DNA of 64,000 nucleotides. Origin: Stegostoma tigrinum. Taxonomy: Eukaryota. Positions within the stretch are counted from its first letter, which is position 1. Every line of letters starts with the position of its first letter. The notes beneath the pieces are model-generated. The model saw only the letters and a program-made list of their open reading frames with translations, was not told the origin of the DNA and did not search any database. The translations under genes and the position numbers were made by a program. Of the stretch, positions 51,537 through 64,000 are shown one piece after another. The stretch covers positions 25,795,811-25,859,810 of the forward strand of contig NC_081381.1 of the NCBI RefSeq assembly GCF_030684315.1, read 5' to 3'.

Positions 51537-51581
51537 CTCCATCCTTTTTTCTTAATAATACTTCCCAAGACAATTTCTGCC
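51537..51581 (-). CDS. KCNAB2: KCNAB2 coding exon, (K)AEIVLGSIIKKKGW(R); most 5' exon found in the window
   Basis: Minus strand reads ttttctgttccctag|GGCAGAAATT...GGATGGAG|gtaact; 45 nt, phase 2/2; matches Kv-beta AEVVLGNIIKKKGWR. Confidence 0.96.
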
Positions 51582-51640
51582 CTAGGGAACAGAAAAAAAA
51601 GGTAAGATTAAAAACATTTTGCAGTGAACATTAAATTACT

Positions 51641-51948
51641 ACACAGTTGCTCAGTGATTGGCATTGTTAATCCAGAGAGCCAGAGACCCGGGTTTGATTC
51701 CACCCTCGGGCAACTGTCTGTGTGGAGTTTGCACATTCTCCCAGTGTCTGTGCTGGTTTTTTCTGGCTGCTCCAGTTTCCTCCCACAGTCCAAAGATGTG
51801 CAGGTTAGGTGAATTAGCCATAGGAAATGCATGATTAGAGTTAAGATAAAGGAGTGGGTCTGGGTGGAATGCTCTTTGGAGGTTTTGGTGTGAACTCAAT
51901 GGGCTGATGGCATACTTCCATACTGTAGGGATTCTATGATTCTATGAT
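51641..51948 (+). mobile_element. HE1 SINE (elasmobranch V-SINE)
   Basis: tRNA-like head gggtttgattcc, V-domain tgtgtggagtttgcacattctccc...tcccacagtccaaagatgtgcaggttagg, (attctatg)n tail. Confidence 0.9.
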
Positions 51949-52759
51949 ATATACAAGATCATGATGCCTTTATTTTTGATCAGACAATACTTTGCTACAC
52001 AATATTAACTGTGTTTAATTTTATGCAAGTGGACAAGTGACGCCCTTTGATGTGTCAACCCAACTGAATCCCAGAAATCAAACCCAAACGAGGTGCTTTA
52101 ATTGATAAAAATGTCCTGACCATACTACACACACTGCCATGGTAAACTCAGCATGTTATTGTGTACTTAAGGTTTGTGTAATTGTAGTAGGTATATTCTA
52201 AACACGTAAAGTAAGTTTTTTAACACTGTATAATAATTTATTGAAATATAGAAATTTTCAGCACAGGAAGATTGTTTTTGGCCCACAGTGCCTAGGCTTG
52301 CTTTTCAAAAGAGCACCCAAGCTTGATTTCACATACTCACTTTCTTTACATATTCCTGTAGTTAGTCAGTTAGCCATACAGAACATGAATATCTTGCACT
52401 CATCAAGTCGATTTGCAAGAAATAACAAGGTAAAGGTAAAACAACATGTATAGTATGAAGAAAACAGTGCTGAATCAATCCATTACTCTGAGAAATAAAC
52501 AATGAATGGTAATGGACCGTTTTGATGAATTGAAACAGGCGCAAAGTGCTTATGTATTGCATCTGCAAAGAACATGATTCTGTAGATTCATACATAAACA
52601 CCTTTTAACATGCGCAAGTGTGACACCCTGTGCCCCACATGACAATTCTAAATTGATTTTTAGTGCACTTCTTCGTACACTCAAGATTATATGGTAAATA
52701 TTGCCCAACCATAGAACAACAATAATTTTGGACACTTTTGAGTTTTCCAAGCATGGGCT

Positions 52760-53410
52760 AGTTGAGCAAGGTCACTATTTTGTTTGTTGCAAACAAAGGA
52801 CAAATGCTAATGGGATCCCCTTACAGGTTAAATAACATTCGGCCCCACAATTCTTCCTGCCAAAGTGAAAAACCTCATATTTCCCCATATTATATTCCAG
52901 CTGCCAAATTTTTTCCCACTCATTTAACCTGTCCCTACACCTCAGCAGACTCTTAGTGCCATCTGCATCACTTGCCTTTCGGCCTATTTTTGTGGCTTCT
53001 GGAAACTTGAGATATAGTATGGTTACTTTCCTCACCCAAGTCATCAATATATATTGTCAGTAATTGTGGCCTCAGCACTGATCCATATTTTCCCAATGAC
53101 AGATGTTAATCCATCTGGCCTGTAGGTAGTTGTTTATTGTCCCCTTCCCTCATTAAGTAAAGATGCTACATTGACAGTTTTCCAATTGTCTGGGAGTTTT
53201 TCCAGAATTAAAGGGTCCCTGGAAGATTACTACAAGTTCATCCACTATGTCTGAAGCTACCTACTTCCTTTAATGTTCTAGGATGCATCCCTTCAAATCC
53301 AGGGGACTTATTGTCTTTAGTCCCTTAGTTTCCCAAGCAGTTTTTCTCCAGTAATAGTTAATGTATTCATTTCCTGTCATTTTGCCCCTTGAATATTTAG
53401 TAATTTTCAA
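52760..53410 (-). mobile_element. CR1 internal fragment
   Basis: ORF DRLNEWEKIWQLEYNMGKYEVFHFGRKN. Confidence 0.85.
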
Positions 53411-55872
53411 GCATAAAGGAAGGAGATTTCATTTGTTACAGACCAATCGTCTTGTTTGAAGTTTGCAGATTATATCATAGTGTTCAGTACTATTCACAAC
53501 TCCTCAGATACTTAAGATGCCTGTGCCTGCATACAGCAAGACCTGGGAATCCGCTCATAATCATATAATTATTATATTATTATAGAAGAAGGCCATTCAA
53601 CCCATAGTCAGCAAGTAATGTTAATGCCACAAATGTGCAAAGGAATGACTGTATCAAAAAGAAAAACAGAGAAACCAAACACTTCTGTTTAATATACAAC
53701 AGCAATACCATTACTGAAGCTCTTTCTATCAACATTTTGGTGTTGACTAATGACCAAAAATTTAACTGGACCAGCTCTATAAATACTGTGGCTATGGCAC
53801 TCCTTTGATAGCTCAGCTGGTAGAGAAGAGGACAACAATGCAGGTGCTGTTGTGGTGCAGTGATATTATATCTACCTCTGGGCCAAAGATCAGGGTTAGT
53901 CTCATCTGCTCCAGAGATATGTCGCAATATATCTGAACAGGCTGATTAAAAATATCTAATACAAGAACAGGTGACAGACTGAAAATTCAGTGAGTAAAAA
54001 AATCTGACTTTCCAAAGTCTGTCCAGACATCAACTAGCAATAAATTAGCAGTCTTATAAGAGTAGTTTCCAGTTGCCTAGATGATTACAGTTCCAACAGT
54101 ACTCAAGAAGCTCAACACCATCTAAGGCAGAGCAACCCATTGGATCAATCCCCCATCCATGACCTTAAACATTCACTTCTTGCACCTCCAGTGCACGATC
54201 ATAGCATGAGTACCATCTACAAGATGCATTATAACAAATCAACAAGGATCCATTGATAGCACTTGTGAATACTCTACCACCTAGAAGGACAAGAAGAGCT
54301 GACATATTGGAATACCAGAATCTGCAAGTTCCCCTCCAAAGCATACACCAAAGCATGACCTGAAATTATTTCACTGCTGCTTTACTGTGACTGGGACAAA
54401 AACCTGTGGTACTCCACCTAACGGCCTTTTGTTTGAACCAACACTACACAGACTAAGTGGCTTAAGAGGTGGCAGTTGGGGTTTGACAACAAACGCTGGT
54501 TTTGCGGGCAACACCCATATCCCAGCAATGAATTTTTTAAAAAATCCATCGTACAATTGATGTCCAGAAACTACAATTGGAAGCAATACCCAAGTTGAGG
54601 CCTAACTGGAGGTTTGTAAACATTTAGCATAAATATCCCACCTACTTTACAAAAAATAGCACTGAAAGTAGATTCTCCTGTCATAGATTACATGCTGTGT
54701 TCATTCATAAACTCACTGGCAGTAAACACTTATTCTCATGGCTCTGATGAGCTGTCTATCAGGGTGTCTAGTCGCCTGCAAACACACTGAATTAGGTGTA
54801 TCGGTAGACGGGAAATAAGAGTCTGCTGCTCAAGAGATGACCTGCAGCTTCTGGGAATTCTACCTGAATACATTGGCTTCCAGCTCTCTAAACCTTTTTG
54901 CATAGTTAATAATTCTAGTCTCTCAATCTCAGCAATGTTCCACTAATTTAACTGTGCTGTATCAATCTCTATAAATAATGCACAAGGTTAACTCATGTCT
55001 TAGCTTTTAACATATTTTAAAATGCATCCCACTTCAGATAAAATGTGTCATCAATTTGGCCAATCTGAATGGAAAAATGATAACCGTAATAAGTGTTGAC
55101 TTTTTGATCAATGAGCATGTCCTATCAGTATTTTTAAAAAAAAATCAATAGGAATGATGACTAAATGGCTAACACCGCATTTAATGGCTATCGAAAGCTG
55201 AAACAGAACATGCTGAAAGAACACAATTAGCGTCCATGTACAGAACATAGCAGTTAATATTTTAGGTGTGGCCCTTCTGTCAAAACCATAAGATATTATG
55301 TGTGAACAGCATTTCAACACGAAGAAAGCAAAGTCAAAAAGGAAGGAAACAATGCAGAAGGAAAGAAATGGAATGACCTGTAGAACCTGGAGTTAAATGT
55401 TAAAAATTACACTGTCAATGCCAATAGGAAGCCGCTGCCCATACAGTATGCTCTGAGATGTTGGTAATTATGTACAACATGGAAGTGCTTTGGAACAAAT
55501 TCCAAACTGAAGCCACCAGGTATCCATTCTGACTTCCATGTTGAGAGTTTTTGACAACTAGCTTGTTTGGCACATTTGGCGCATCTATAGACAATAAACT
55601 CTCATAATATTCCAAAATACCGTATAGCCAACGAATCACTTTGTTCAGTGTCATGTAGGAAACTCAGTCGTGAATTTGAATACAGAAAGGAGCCATAAAC
55701 ATCGAGAAATATTTTGGTATATTGATTATGGGTAATTTTAACCATTCTTCTTTGAATCGCCCACCTGAATGGCTGGACAGGGGTTTAATTTAATATTTAA
55801 TCCAGAGATGACATCTGTAAGAATACAACAATAACTCAGTAATGCATGGAGGTAAGCATCAGATTAAAATAT

Positions 55873-56005
55873 ATTCTGAGGAAGAGACACTGGACCCAAA
55901 ATATTAACTCTGAATTTTTCTTCACAGATCTGCCAGACTTGCTGACCTTTTCCAGCAACTTCTGTTTTTGTTCCTGATTTACAGCATCCTCAGTTTTTTG
56001 GTTTT
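55873..56005 (+). mobile_element. Solo PLE terminus of the third family with decayed hammerhead (55876-55905)
   Basis: CTGAGGA-a-gagacactggaccc-AAAA-tatt-aac, followed by the family tail. Confidence 0.75.
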
Positions 56006-56459
56006 TAAAATAGCTAGGTCAATTGAAATTTTCAAATTGATATTGCTAAATTTTAGTTGGATCAGAGTATCAAAGGATATGCATCAACGATAAGTAATGG
56101 AGTTGATGTACAGATCAGCTATGATCAAATTAAATTGCAGAAAGGGCTACAGTGATAGAAAGGCTTACTGCTCTTCCTATATTCCTTATATATGCAAGTT
56201 CATAGTGGTACTTGAACACACAATGCAACAACTCAAAAGCAAGAGTGCTACAAATTAAACTAAGCTGACACCGAAGTCTGAGATGAGGTCACCCACGTGC
56301 TTCATTAGACTGGGAACTAAACTAATTCGAAGTTGTAATGCGTTCTATTGTATTGGTCAAACAGTGCTGAATACTATCCAGTCCAAATTTCATAAGAAGC
56401 TAATTTAAAAACTAGGCAAACATGCATAACAAGACTGATCCCATGAGCTGTGAGGAAAG

Positions 56460-57630
56460 ATTACAGTCTATATTGTCTATATGGACTTTAGTAAGGCCTT
56501 TGCCAAGGTCCGACATGGCAGGCTGGTATAGAAAGTAAGTCACATGGAATCCGTGATGAGCTGGTGAGATGGATACTGAACCGGCTTAGTCATAGAAGGT
56601 AGATTGCAGCAATAAAAGGATGTTTTTCAGATTGGAGATCTGTGACAGGTGGTGATCTGCAGCGATCAGCGCTGTTTATAATAAATTATTTGAAGGTGAA
56701 TGTACGTGGCCTGATTAGTAAGTTTACAGATGACACAAAGATTGGGGAAGCTATGAATAGTGAGGAGGATTACCAGAGGATATAGCAGGATACAGAGAGG
56801 CTAGAGACTTGGACCAATAAATGGCAGATGGAGTTTAATCCAGACAAATGTGAGGTGATGCATTTTGGGGGTCTAATACAAAACTGAAGCATACAGTAAA
56901 TGCCGGAACCCTTAGCAGCATCAACATACAGAGGAATCTAGGCTTACACATTTCCCTGAAAGTAGCAACACAACTGGATAAGGCAGTCAAGCAGGCATGT
57001 AGCATGCTTGCCCTCATCAGTCAAAGCAGAGTACAAAAATTAGCAAGTCATGTTGCAGCTGTTTAGAACTTTATTGACGCCACATTTGGAATATTGTGTG
57101 CAGTTCTGGCTGCCACACTACCAGAAGATGTGGCTTTGGAGAGGATAAAGAAATAGTCTACCAGGATGTTGCCTGGTTTGGCAGTTATTGGCTATGAGGA
57201 GAGATTGGACAAAGTTGGTTTGTTTTCACTTAAACATTGAAGGATAAGGGGTGACCTGATAGGAGTTTACAAAATTGACAGGCATGGACAGAATGGATAG
57301 TCAGAGTTCTTTTTTTCAAGTGAAAAAATCTCAGTTAGTGGGTTACATAGATTTAAGGTAAGAGGGGTAAGTTTAAAGATGTGAGAGGCAGGTTTTTCTT
57401 TTTCACGGAGGGTGATAAATACTTGGAATGCATTGCCAGGAGGTGGTGGAGATGCATACAATAGCAATGTTTAAGAGGCATAAATACATGAATAGGCAGA
57501 GAACAGAGGGCAATGGAAAGTGCAGAGGCTAAAGGTCTTTACTTTAGAAAGGAATCATGTGTCAGCACAGTCTTGGTGGGCTTAAGAACCTGTTCCAGTG
57601 CTGTACTGTACTGTGCTATATTCTATTGTA
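56460..57630 (+). mobile_element. CR1 3' fragment
   Basis: tatatggactttagtaaggcctttg (YMDFSKAF), KFTDDTKI, EYCVQFW, (ctgta)n tail. Confidence 0.9.
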
Positions 57631-58739
57631 GTCTCTTAACGTCTACAGCTTAGAAGGACGACAACTAAGTGGATGTACTTATGTAAAATATATTAAATAA
57701 AGGTAAGTAAACCTTTACTTAGATGACCCACACGATGCTAATAAAATGGAAAAAACAGTATGTTTAAAGCAAATATTAGCTTTAAAAACTTAAAGAAAGA
57801 ACTGTTTGGACAATTTATCAGATCAGACGATACCAACGTATACACTGGAGTTATTCAAGATATAATCAGAACCACAACGGAGAGATTAACATACTAATGA
57901 ATTTCCTATTCCCATATTTCAGTGTGCTGTACAGAATAACTTTGAGAAAAGTATATGCACCCACACTTTTTATTTGTTTTGTATCTTGATGTAAATTTTC
58001 AGGAAATATATTGAATACCAGTCTGGTATTCAGTTCTTCAGTGTTTAGTGATTCGCTAAGTTGAGCAGACAACTACATTAACTAACACTGATAAGATTAA
58101 CATTGAACTTGAAGGCACCATTCCCATTTGCCTGGAAGATGCTGTCTGGCTGACATCATATCCTTTGGTATTTCTCACTGTGAAACATAAATACTAAACA
58201 GGACAGAGGTTGGTCATAGCCTGGTGCAGAGTGTGAGTACTTCAGCTCTGACAGCTTTCTTTACAGCTGCTAGTTGCAGCACATTGAGTGAAGATGGTGA
58301 TAACTGGAACAATTCAATGAAGACTGACCAACAGGGAAAACAAAATACCAGTATTATTAATTCGGTACAGCGTCTTGTGCTTTTTTGAAAAAAATTATAG
58401 TTGAAGTTATCTAATTACAACAAATCTACGGTAAAATTTTGGGCCACAGCTGGGAAGATTTTGAGGGAAATTTATTCTCTTCACTAGACTTAAGCAGTAG
58501 TCTACAGCTAATAAAAAGGAGAGTTTTTTAAAGAAACGTTATAGTACTTCATATTTTATTGTAACAAACCATGAAAATGATTCTTTTCTGGTGGGACAAC
58601 TGTTTTTTTAAAAAAAGATGAGCCATATTGACCAGGAAACCATAAGGTTTAGAACTGACCCCATGCTGCTGTGCTGATCTCAGCAGTGGGTGCTAAAATT
58701 GGTTTCAAAGTCTCTCAGAAGAGCAGCCCAATCTATTCT

Positions 58740-59170
58740 CAATCAATCTGTTTATATTCTTTGTCAGTCTCGTTGCATGACATTCACAAATTCCCCACCT
58801 AGTCCTGTATCATCAGCAAATGTGGATACATTACACTTGGTTCCTTCATCTAGGTTATTGGTATGGGTTGCAAGTAGTCCAGGTGCAAAGCAGTGATCCT
58901 TACAACATCCCACTATATACCATTTGCCAACCCAAAGATGAATTGCTTATTTGTAACTCCCGATTTGCGTCCATTTATCCACATTAATGTTACTCCAATC
59001 CAATGGGCCCTAATAGTGTGTGTAATAATCTCTTACATTGGCACCGTGCCTACAGCTTTACTAAATCCCAAAATACTACACCCACTGATTCCCATTTATT
59101 AATGCAGCTAGTAATAATCTTAAAAAATAGATTTTTTGAACACAATTTACCATTGTAAATCTATACTGAT
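58740..59170 (-). mobile_element. Old CR1 RT fragment
   Basis: gtatcatcagcaaa (FADDT on minus) and flanking homology. Confidence 0.65.
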
Positions 59171-59349
59171 TCCACCCTAGTGGCTTCTTATCACGTGCCT
59201 AATGATTTAGAAGAGCGAACAAGGAAAAGTTACCTGGGCTAATAATTATAAATGAACTATTTAAAATTAATGCAATGGTTGGGTAAAGTCTGAGATTCCA
59301 TTCCAATGCACCTGACTTCCATGTGGCCCTTACTGAATTAACTACTTAA

Positions 59350-59720
59350 AAATAAGGACGTGTACTTGCGTAGTATTAATGACACCCTCCGGATTGCCCA
59401 AAATGCTTTACAGCCAATGAAGTACTTTTTGAAGTATAAACGTAGGAAATATGGCAACCAATTTGCAAGCTCGAAGGGCTGAATGGCCTCCTCCTACTCC
59501 TATGTTTCCTACAAACAAGAATGCAAGAATGACCAGACAAATCTGTTATCATGGTGCAGAATAAATATTTCAATAAATATTGACCTGGACAGTGTGGGCA
59601 ACATGCCTGCTGTTTCAAAAAAATGCCAAGGGATCTTACACTTGAGGGCAGAATGCGCCTTGGTTTAACATCTTATTCAAATGCTGACACCTCAGACACA
59701 GCAGCACATCTTTAGGATTA
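59350..59720 (-). mobile_element. DeuSINE (SacSINE1-like) with a ~40-bp CR1 tail inserted at about 59468-59508; weaker copies near 13780-14040, 25690-25880 and 55650-55870
   Basis: gctttacagccaatgaagtactttttgaagt...aatgaccaga.aaatctgtt...taaatattg Deu-domain. Confidence 0.8.
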
Positions 59721-60859
59721 CACACTTCTTATTTTGATAGAAAGTAATCTGATGGATTCTTGCTTTTCAATTCTTTTGTCCCTTTTTATCCATTCTAAAC
59801 TTGCTTTATAATAATTTATTAATATTCTGACAATATTTTTACCTAGGTTACAGCAGACCAGTTAGAAGAGTAGACATTCATTCCCAAAGCCTCACCTTCC
59901 TTAAACTTCTATGGGAAGACATAACTCCTTTACAACTGTAAAATCTGGTAGTACCACAATTGGTAATCTGGTCATCTGATGCAGCTATTAGTACAATCCT
60001 GTGCTATGGGACATTCTGGTATTGACTCAGCTATTCAGCAATCAATTTTTCCATTTGTAAAATATTGGAAATATTTTAGTAATACCACATATAAGGGGAA
60101 CCTGTGTAGTCTTAAAAGAGCCATTATGAACAAATTAGGACTTAAGACATTTCTTGGCATCTCTTTAAAATCTGAATTTTAGAAAAAATATTGGACTGTT
60201 ATTTTGGCTGGCAAGGAGACTCATAACACTTAGATATATGGTCATCTGCAATCACAAATATCCTACAACATAGCAATCAAAAAAAAACCCTCAGTTCTTT
60301 ACTCAAAGTAAAACAAGGCCGAATGGATATTTTTGACTTTTAGAATCATCGATGCATTTAGTCTAGAGATCCTTTATAGTACTACATACTGCAAAGATGG
60401 GTGTTTAGGTTTTTAGCATTGTACTACAATGAAGAATGAATAGAAAAATTCAGAAGAGAATGTGCTTTCTGCAACTGCTACAAACTAATGCCTCTTGATA
60501 ATAAATTTATGTGACACATTGTACCTTTAAATTGGATCCAGATTCTGTTTTATCTAGCTTAATGTTTCTAGTACTTTCTGTTTTTATTACTTACTGTTCA
60601 TTTAGCTTGCCCCAAAACATCTCTGGGTTTACTATGGCTGTAGTTTCCTTTTGTGTAAGATGACAACATTGTAAAATGTAGATATTGGAACTATCTCCCA
60701 AGTCCTGTCTGACTGTTACTAAATTATATCACTTGTCAAAAAAGGAAAGAGAAATAAACGAGTGCGACTGATCTGCCTACAATCAGAGGTGGGGCGTATT
60801 GAAACAATAACTTTAGTATGGATGTAAAATAGGTTCAATGACACGACACAAAGTGTGAT

Positions 60860-62090
60860 AGAGTCATAGAAGCATACAGCATAGAAACAGACCCTTCGGT
60901 CCAATTTATCTGCACCGAACAGACATCCCAATCAGATTTAGCCCAATTTGCCAGCATTTGGCTCATATCCCTCTACATCTTCCGATGTGTGCATCTATCC
61001 AGATGTCTTTTAAGTGTTGGAATTGCACTCCACCACTTCCTTTGGCGGCTTGTTCCAGACACACACCACTCTGTGTGTGAAAAGTTACCCCTCAGATCCT
61101 TTTTAAAATTTTCCCCTCTCACCTTATACCTGCCCTCTAGATTTGGACACAGCCACTCTACGAAAAAGACCTTGTCTATTCACTCTATCCATGCCTCTCA
61201 TAATTTTATAAATCTCTATAATAGCCCAAGCCTTTTCAGCTATCCCTACAGCTCAAACCCTCCAGTCCCAGCAACATCCTTATAAATCTTTTCTTCACCT
61301 TCTCAAGTTTAACAACAGCCTACCTATAGAAGGATGGCCAGAATTGTAAGTATTATTCCAAAAGTGGGCTAAGCAATATCCTGTACAGGTGCAACATGAC
61401 ATCCCAACTCCTATACTCAATCGTATGACCAACGAAGGCAAGCATGCCAAACACCTCCTTCACTATCCTGTCTACCTGGGAACTTCACTTTCAAGAAACT
61501 ATGAACCTGAATCCTTCAGTCTGTTCGATCGGCAACACTCTCCAGAGCCCTACCATTTACTGCACAAGTCCTGCCCTGGGTCGTCCTACCAAAGTGCAAC
61601 ACCTCACATTTAAATAAATTGAATTCCATGTACCACTCCTCGGCCCATTGGTCCAGCCGATCGAGGTGCCATTGCACTCCGAGATAACCTTCTTCACTAT
61701 CTACTACACCACCTTTTTCGGTGTCATCTGCAAGCTTACTAACTATACCTCCTGTATTCACATCCAAATCATTTATATGTGTCACATAAAGTGGTGAACC
61801 CAGCACTGATCCTTGTGACATACACTGGTCACAGACCTCTAGTCTGAAAAACATCCCTCCACTACCACCCTCTGTCTCTGAGCATCAAGCCAATTTTGTA
61901 TTAAATTGGCTAGTTCCCCCGATGCCACTTGATCTAACCTTACTAACCAGTCTACCATACGGAATCTTATTAAACACTTTACAGAAGTCCGTACAGACAA
62001 TGTCTACTGCTCTGCCTTCATCAATCTTCTTTGTCACTTCTTCAAAAAACTAAATCAAGTTAGTCAGACATGATTTCCCATGCACAAAAT
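60860..62090 (-). mobile_element. CR1 3' fragment
   Basis: SQGSVLGSPLYVTHINDL...KLADDT; CR1 tail. Confidence 0.9.
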
Positions 62091-62094
62091 CATA

Positions 62095-62930
62095 CTTTTT
62101 CAGACTGCAAGGTGGTTTGCAGTAGTGTTCCCCAAAGGTCAATTTGAGTCCATTACTCCAACACTGTTTTCCTGAAAAAAAAAACTTACAGTCTGGTGTA
62201 CAATGAAGCATTAAAAAGACAACAGGGAATACAAAATTTGGTACAGGAGTAGACTATAATGAGGATTGTTATAGGCTTCAGAATGATATAGGCTGGTGAT
62301 CTGGAAAGATGTATGACAGATGAAGTTCAATGCAAAGAAGCGTGGAGAAAAGCAACTTAGGAAAACAAATTTGTAAATGCATTATACTATAAATAGCAAG
62401 GTTTTGTAAAAGGTGTTGATAAACAAAGACTTTGGTATCCATATACATAAATTTTCAAGGTGACAGATCAAGTTGATTAAGTGGATAAGAGTATAAGGGG
62501 TCCTTGTGTTTATAACAGAAAAAAAGTTGCTGGAAAAGCTCAGCAGGTCTGGCAGCATCTGTGAAGAAACAACAGATTAACACTCTTGGGCCAGTGACCC
62601 TTCCTCAGGTTCTGGGTTTCAGCTAAAGTATTGTGAACAATTTGGGCACTAATTTTAGCGAATATCTAACGGCCTTCAGAAAGAGTACAGAGTAGATTTA
62701 TCAAGATGCTTCAGGTGATGATGGGCTTCAGTTGGAACCGAGAAGTCGGAAATGATAACACCATTTTACACAGAATAGAGAAGGTTAAGGGATGACCTCA
62801 AAGATTTAAGATGATGAAAGATTTTGATAGATCAATAGGGAAAACTATTTCCTTTGGAGAGTGAATGATTAACTAGAGATCATAGGTTCAAAATCATTCT
62901 AGAGGGAAGAATATATTTGTACATGGATTG
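62095..62930 (+). mobile_element. Old CR1 fragment interrupted by a PLE terminus
   Basis: agtagtgttccccaaagg (VPQG), atgaagttcaatgcaaagaag homology. Confidence 0.7.
62514..62609 (-). mobile_element. Solo PLE terminus of the third family with decayed hammerhead, inside an old CR1
   Basis: Minus strand reads CTGAGGA-a-gggtcactggccc-aagagtgtt. Confidence 0.75.
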
Positions 62931-63423
62931 GGTCTTGAAATTAATCAAGACTAGTAAACTTTTTGATTGAATTTGGAGACAACCTACAACTGTCTTAGGT
63001 ATTACAGCTAAACTTAAAGGTACCCCAAAATTTTACTTTTGTAAAGAATAAAGATTGATACAGTTGCAAGAAAAAGGGTAGTGCTTGGTGGCTAGCACAA
63101 GGATGTATTGCTCATCAGAGTAGAATAAGTTTAGCTTGTATCTGATTATGCTAATTATAACTGAGAGGACTCAATGGTGACATTTGAACTCGGGGGTACA
63201 GAAAGACTCCCAACTCTTAGCATTGAAAGCCGACTCAGTCTAAACATTGAAACTGAGGTAAGGATCCTGAATAAGCCTGATTTATCAGGCACTGAACAAT
63301 TTATCATACACGGACGTGAAATTTCATTCTTCTGGAATCTGTGGAGGAGCCGACTATCAAATGCCGAGCCTTAAAGATAACTATTCATGGAAAATCAATT
63401 ATTAAACTAGGCTGTATTTTATG

Positions 63424-64000
63424 ATAGAGATGGTAGGAACTGCTGATGCTGGAGAATCTGAGATAACACAGTGTGAAGCTGGATGAACACAGCAGGCCAA
63501 GAACACAGCAGCATCAGAAGAGCAGGAAAGTTTGTTGTTTCGGGTCCAGACTCTTCTTCAGAAATGGGGGAGGGGAAGGGGATTCTGAAATAAATAGGTA
63601 GGCAGGGGGAGGCGGACAGGAGATGGATAAAGGAGAAGCTAGGGTGAGAGGGGACAGACAAGTCAAAGAGGCGGGGTTAGAGCCAGTGAAGGTGAATGTA
63701 GGTGGTGAGTTAGGGAGGCGATAGGTCAGTCTGGGGAGGACGGACAGGTCAAGGAGGCGGGATGAGGTTAGGGGGTAGGCGATGGGGGTGGGACTTGAGG
63801 TGGGAGGAATGGTTAGGGAGGCGAGGACTAGCTGGGCTGGTTTTGGGATGTGGTCGGGTGTGGGGAGATTTTGAAGCTTGTGACGTCCACATTGATACCC
63901 TTAGGCTGCAAGGTTCCCAAGCAAAATATGAGATGCTGTTCCTGCATCTTTTGGGTGGCGTCATCACGACAATGCAGGAGACTGAGGATGAACATGTCGT
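63424..64000 (-). mobile_element. PLE 3' end running off the window; hammerhead at 63534-63561 has lost the UH cleavage site
   Basis: Homologous to about 42702-43320; CTGAAGA-a-gagtctggaccc-GAAA-caac. Confidence 0.9.

Noticed and set aside
53800-53850. gatagctcagctggtagag resembles a tRNA D-arm
   Set aside because: No complete cloverleaf; it is a SINE head
51582-64000. Search for the upstream KCNAB2 exon (MAEQLMTLAY...FDTAEVYAAGK)
   Set aside because: Not found by eye; it presumably lies beyond the window, implying an intron over 12 kb
1-64000. CRISPR arrays, operons or prokaryotic defence systems
   Set aside because: The sequence is a eukaryotic intron-exon locus; no repeat-spacer arrays or dense ORFs

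Overview
Vertebrate genomic DNA from a cartilaginous fish. HE1 SINE, SacSINE/DeuSINE and shark-type CR1 and Penelope repeats point to a shark, probably a carpet shark (inference). The window holds the 3' portion of KCNAB2 (Kv channel beta-2 subunit, aldo-keto reductase fold) on the minus strand. I traced ten constitutive coding exons by hand (51581 down to the stop at 4585); all have GT-AG boundaries and consistent phases. A 45-nt cassette exon (33354-33398) encodes GDPFSSSKSRTFIIE, the insert of the long mammalian KCNAB2 isoform. The 5' exons lie beyond the window. Introns are filled with CR1 and L2 LINEs, SINEs and Penelope-like elements (PLEs). Three observations stand out. (1) A 3.6-kb tail-out palindromic PLE insertion has a 16-bp target-site duplication. 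(2) About ten minimal, dimer-dependent hammerhead ribozyme motifs from three PLE families occur; two identical intact copies lie in the sense orientation of the KCNAB2 pre-mRNA, and several sit in tiny TSD-flanked palindromic elements. (3) A splicing cluster follows the cassette exon: competing RNA stems around a cryptic acceptor with a stop codon and AATAAA, and a candidate unannotated in-frame 48-nt exon. Exon coordinates are exact. Repeat boundaries are approximate, and repeat family names come from recall, not a database search.
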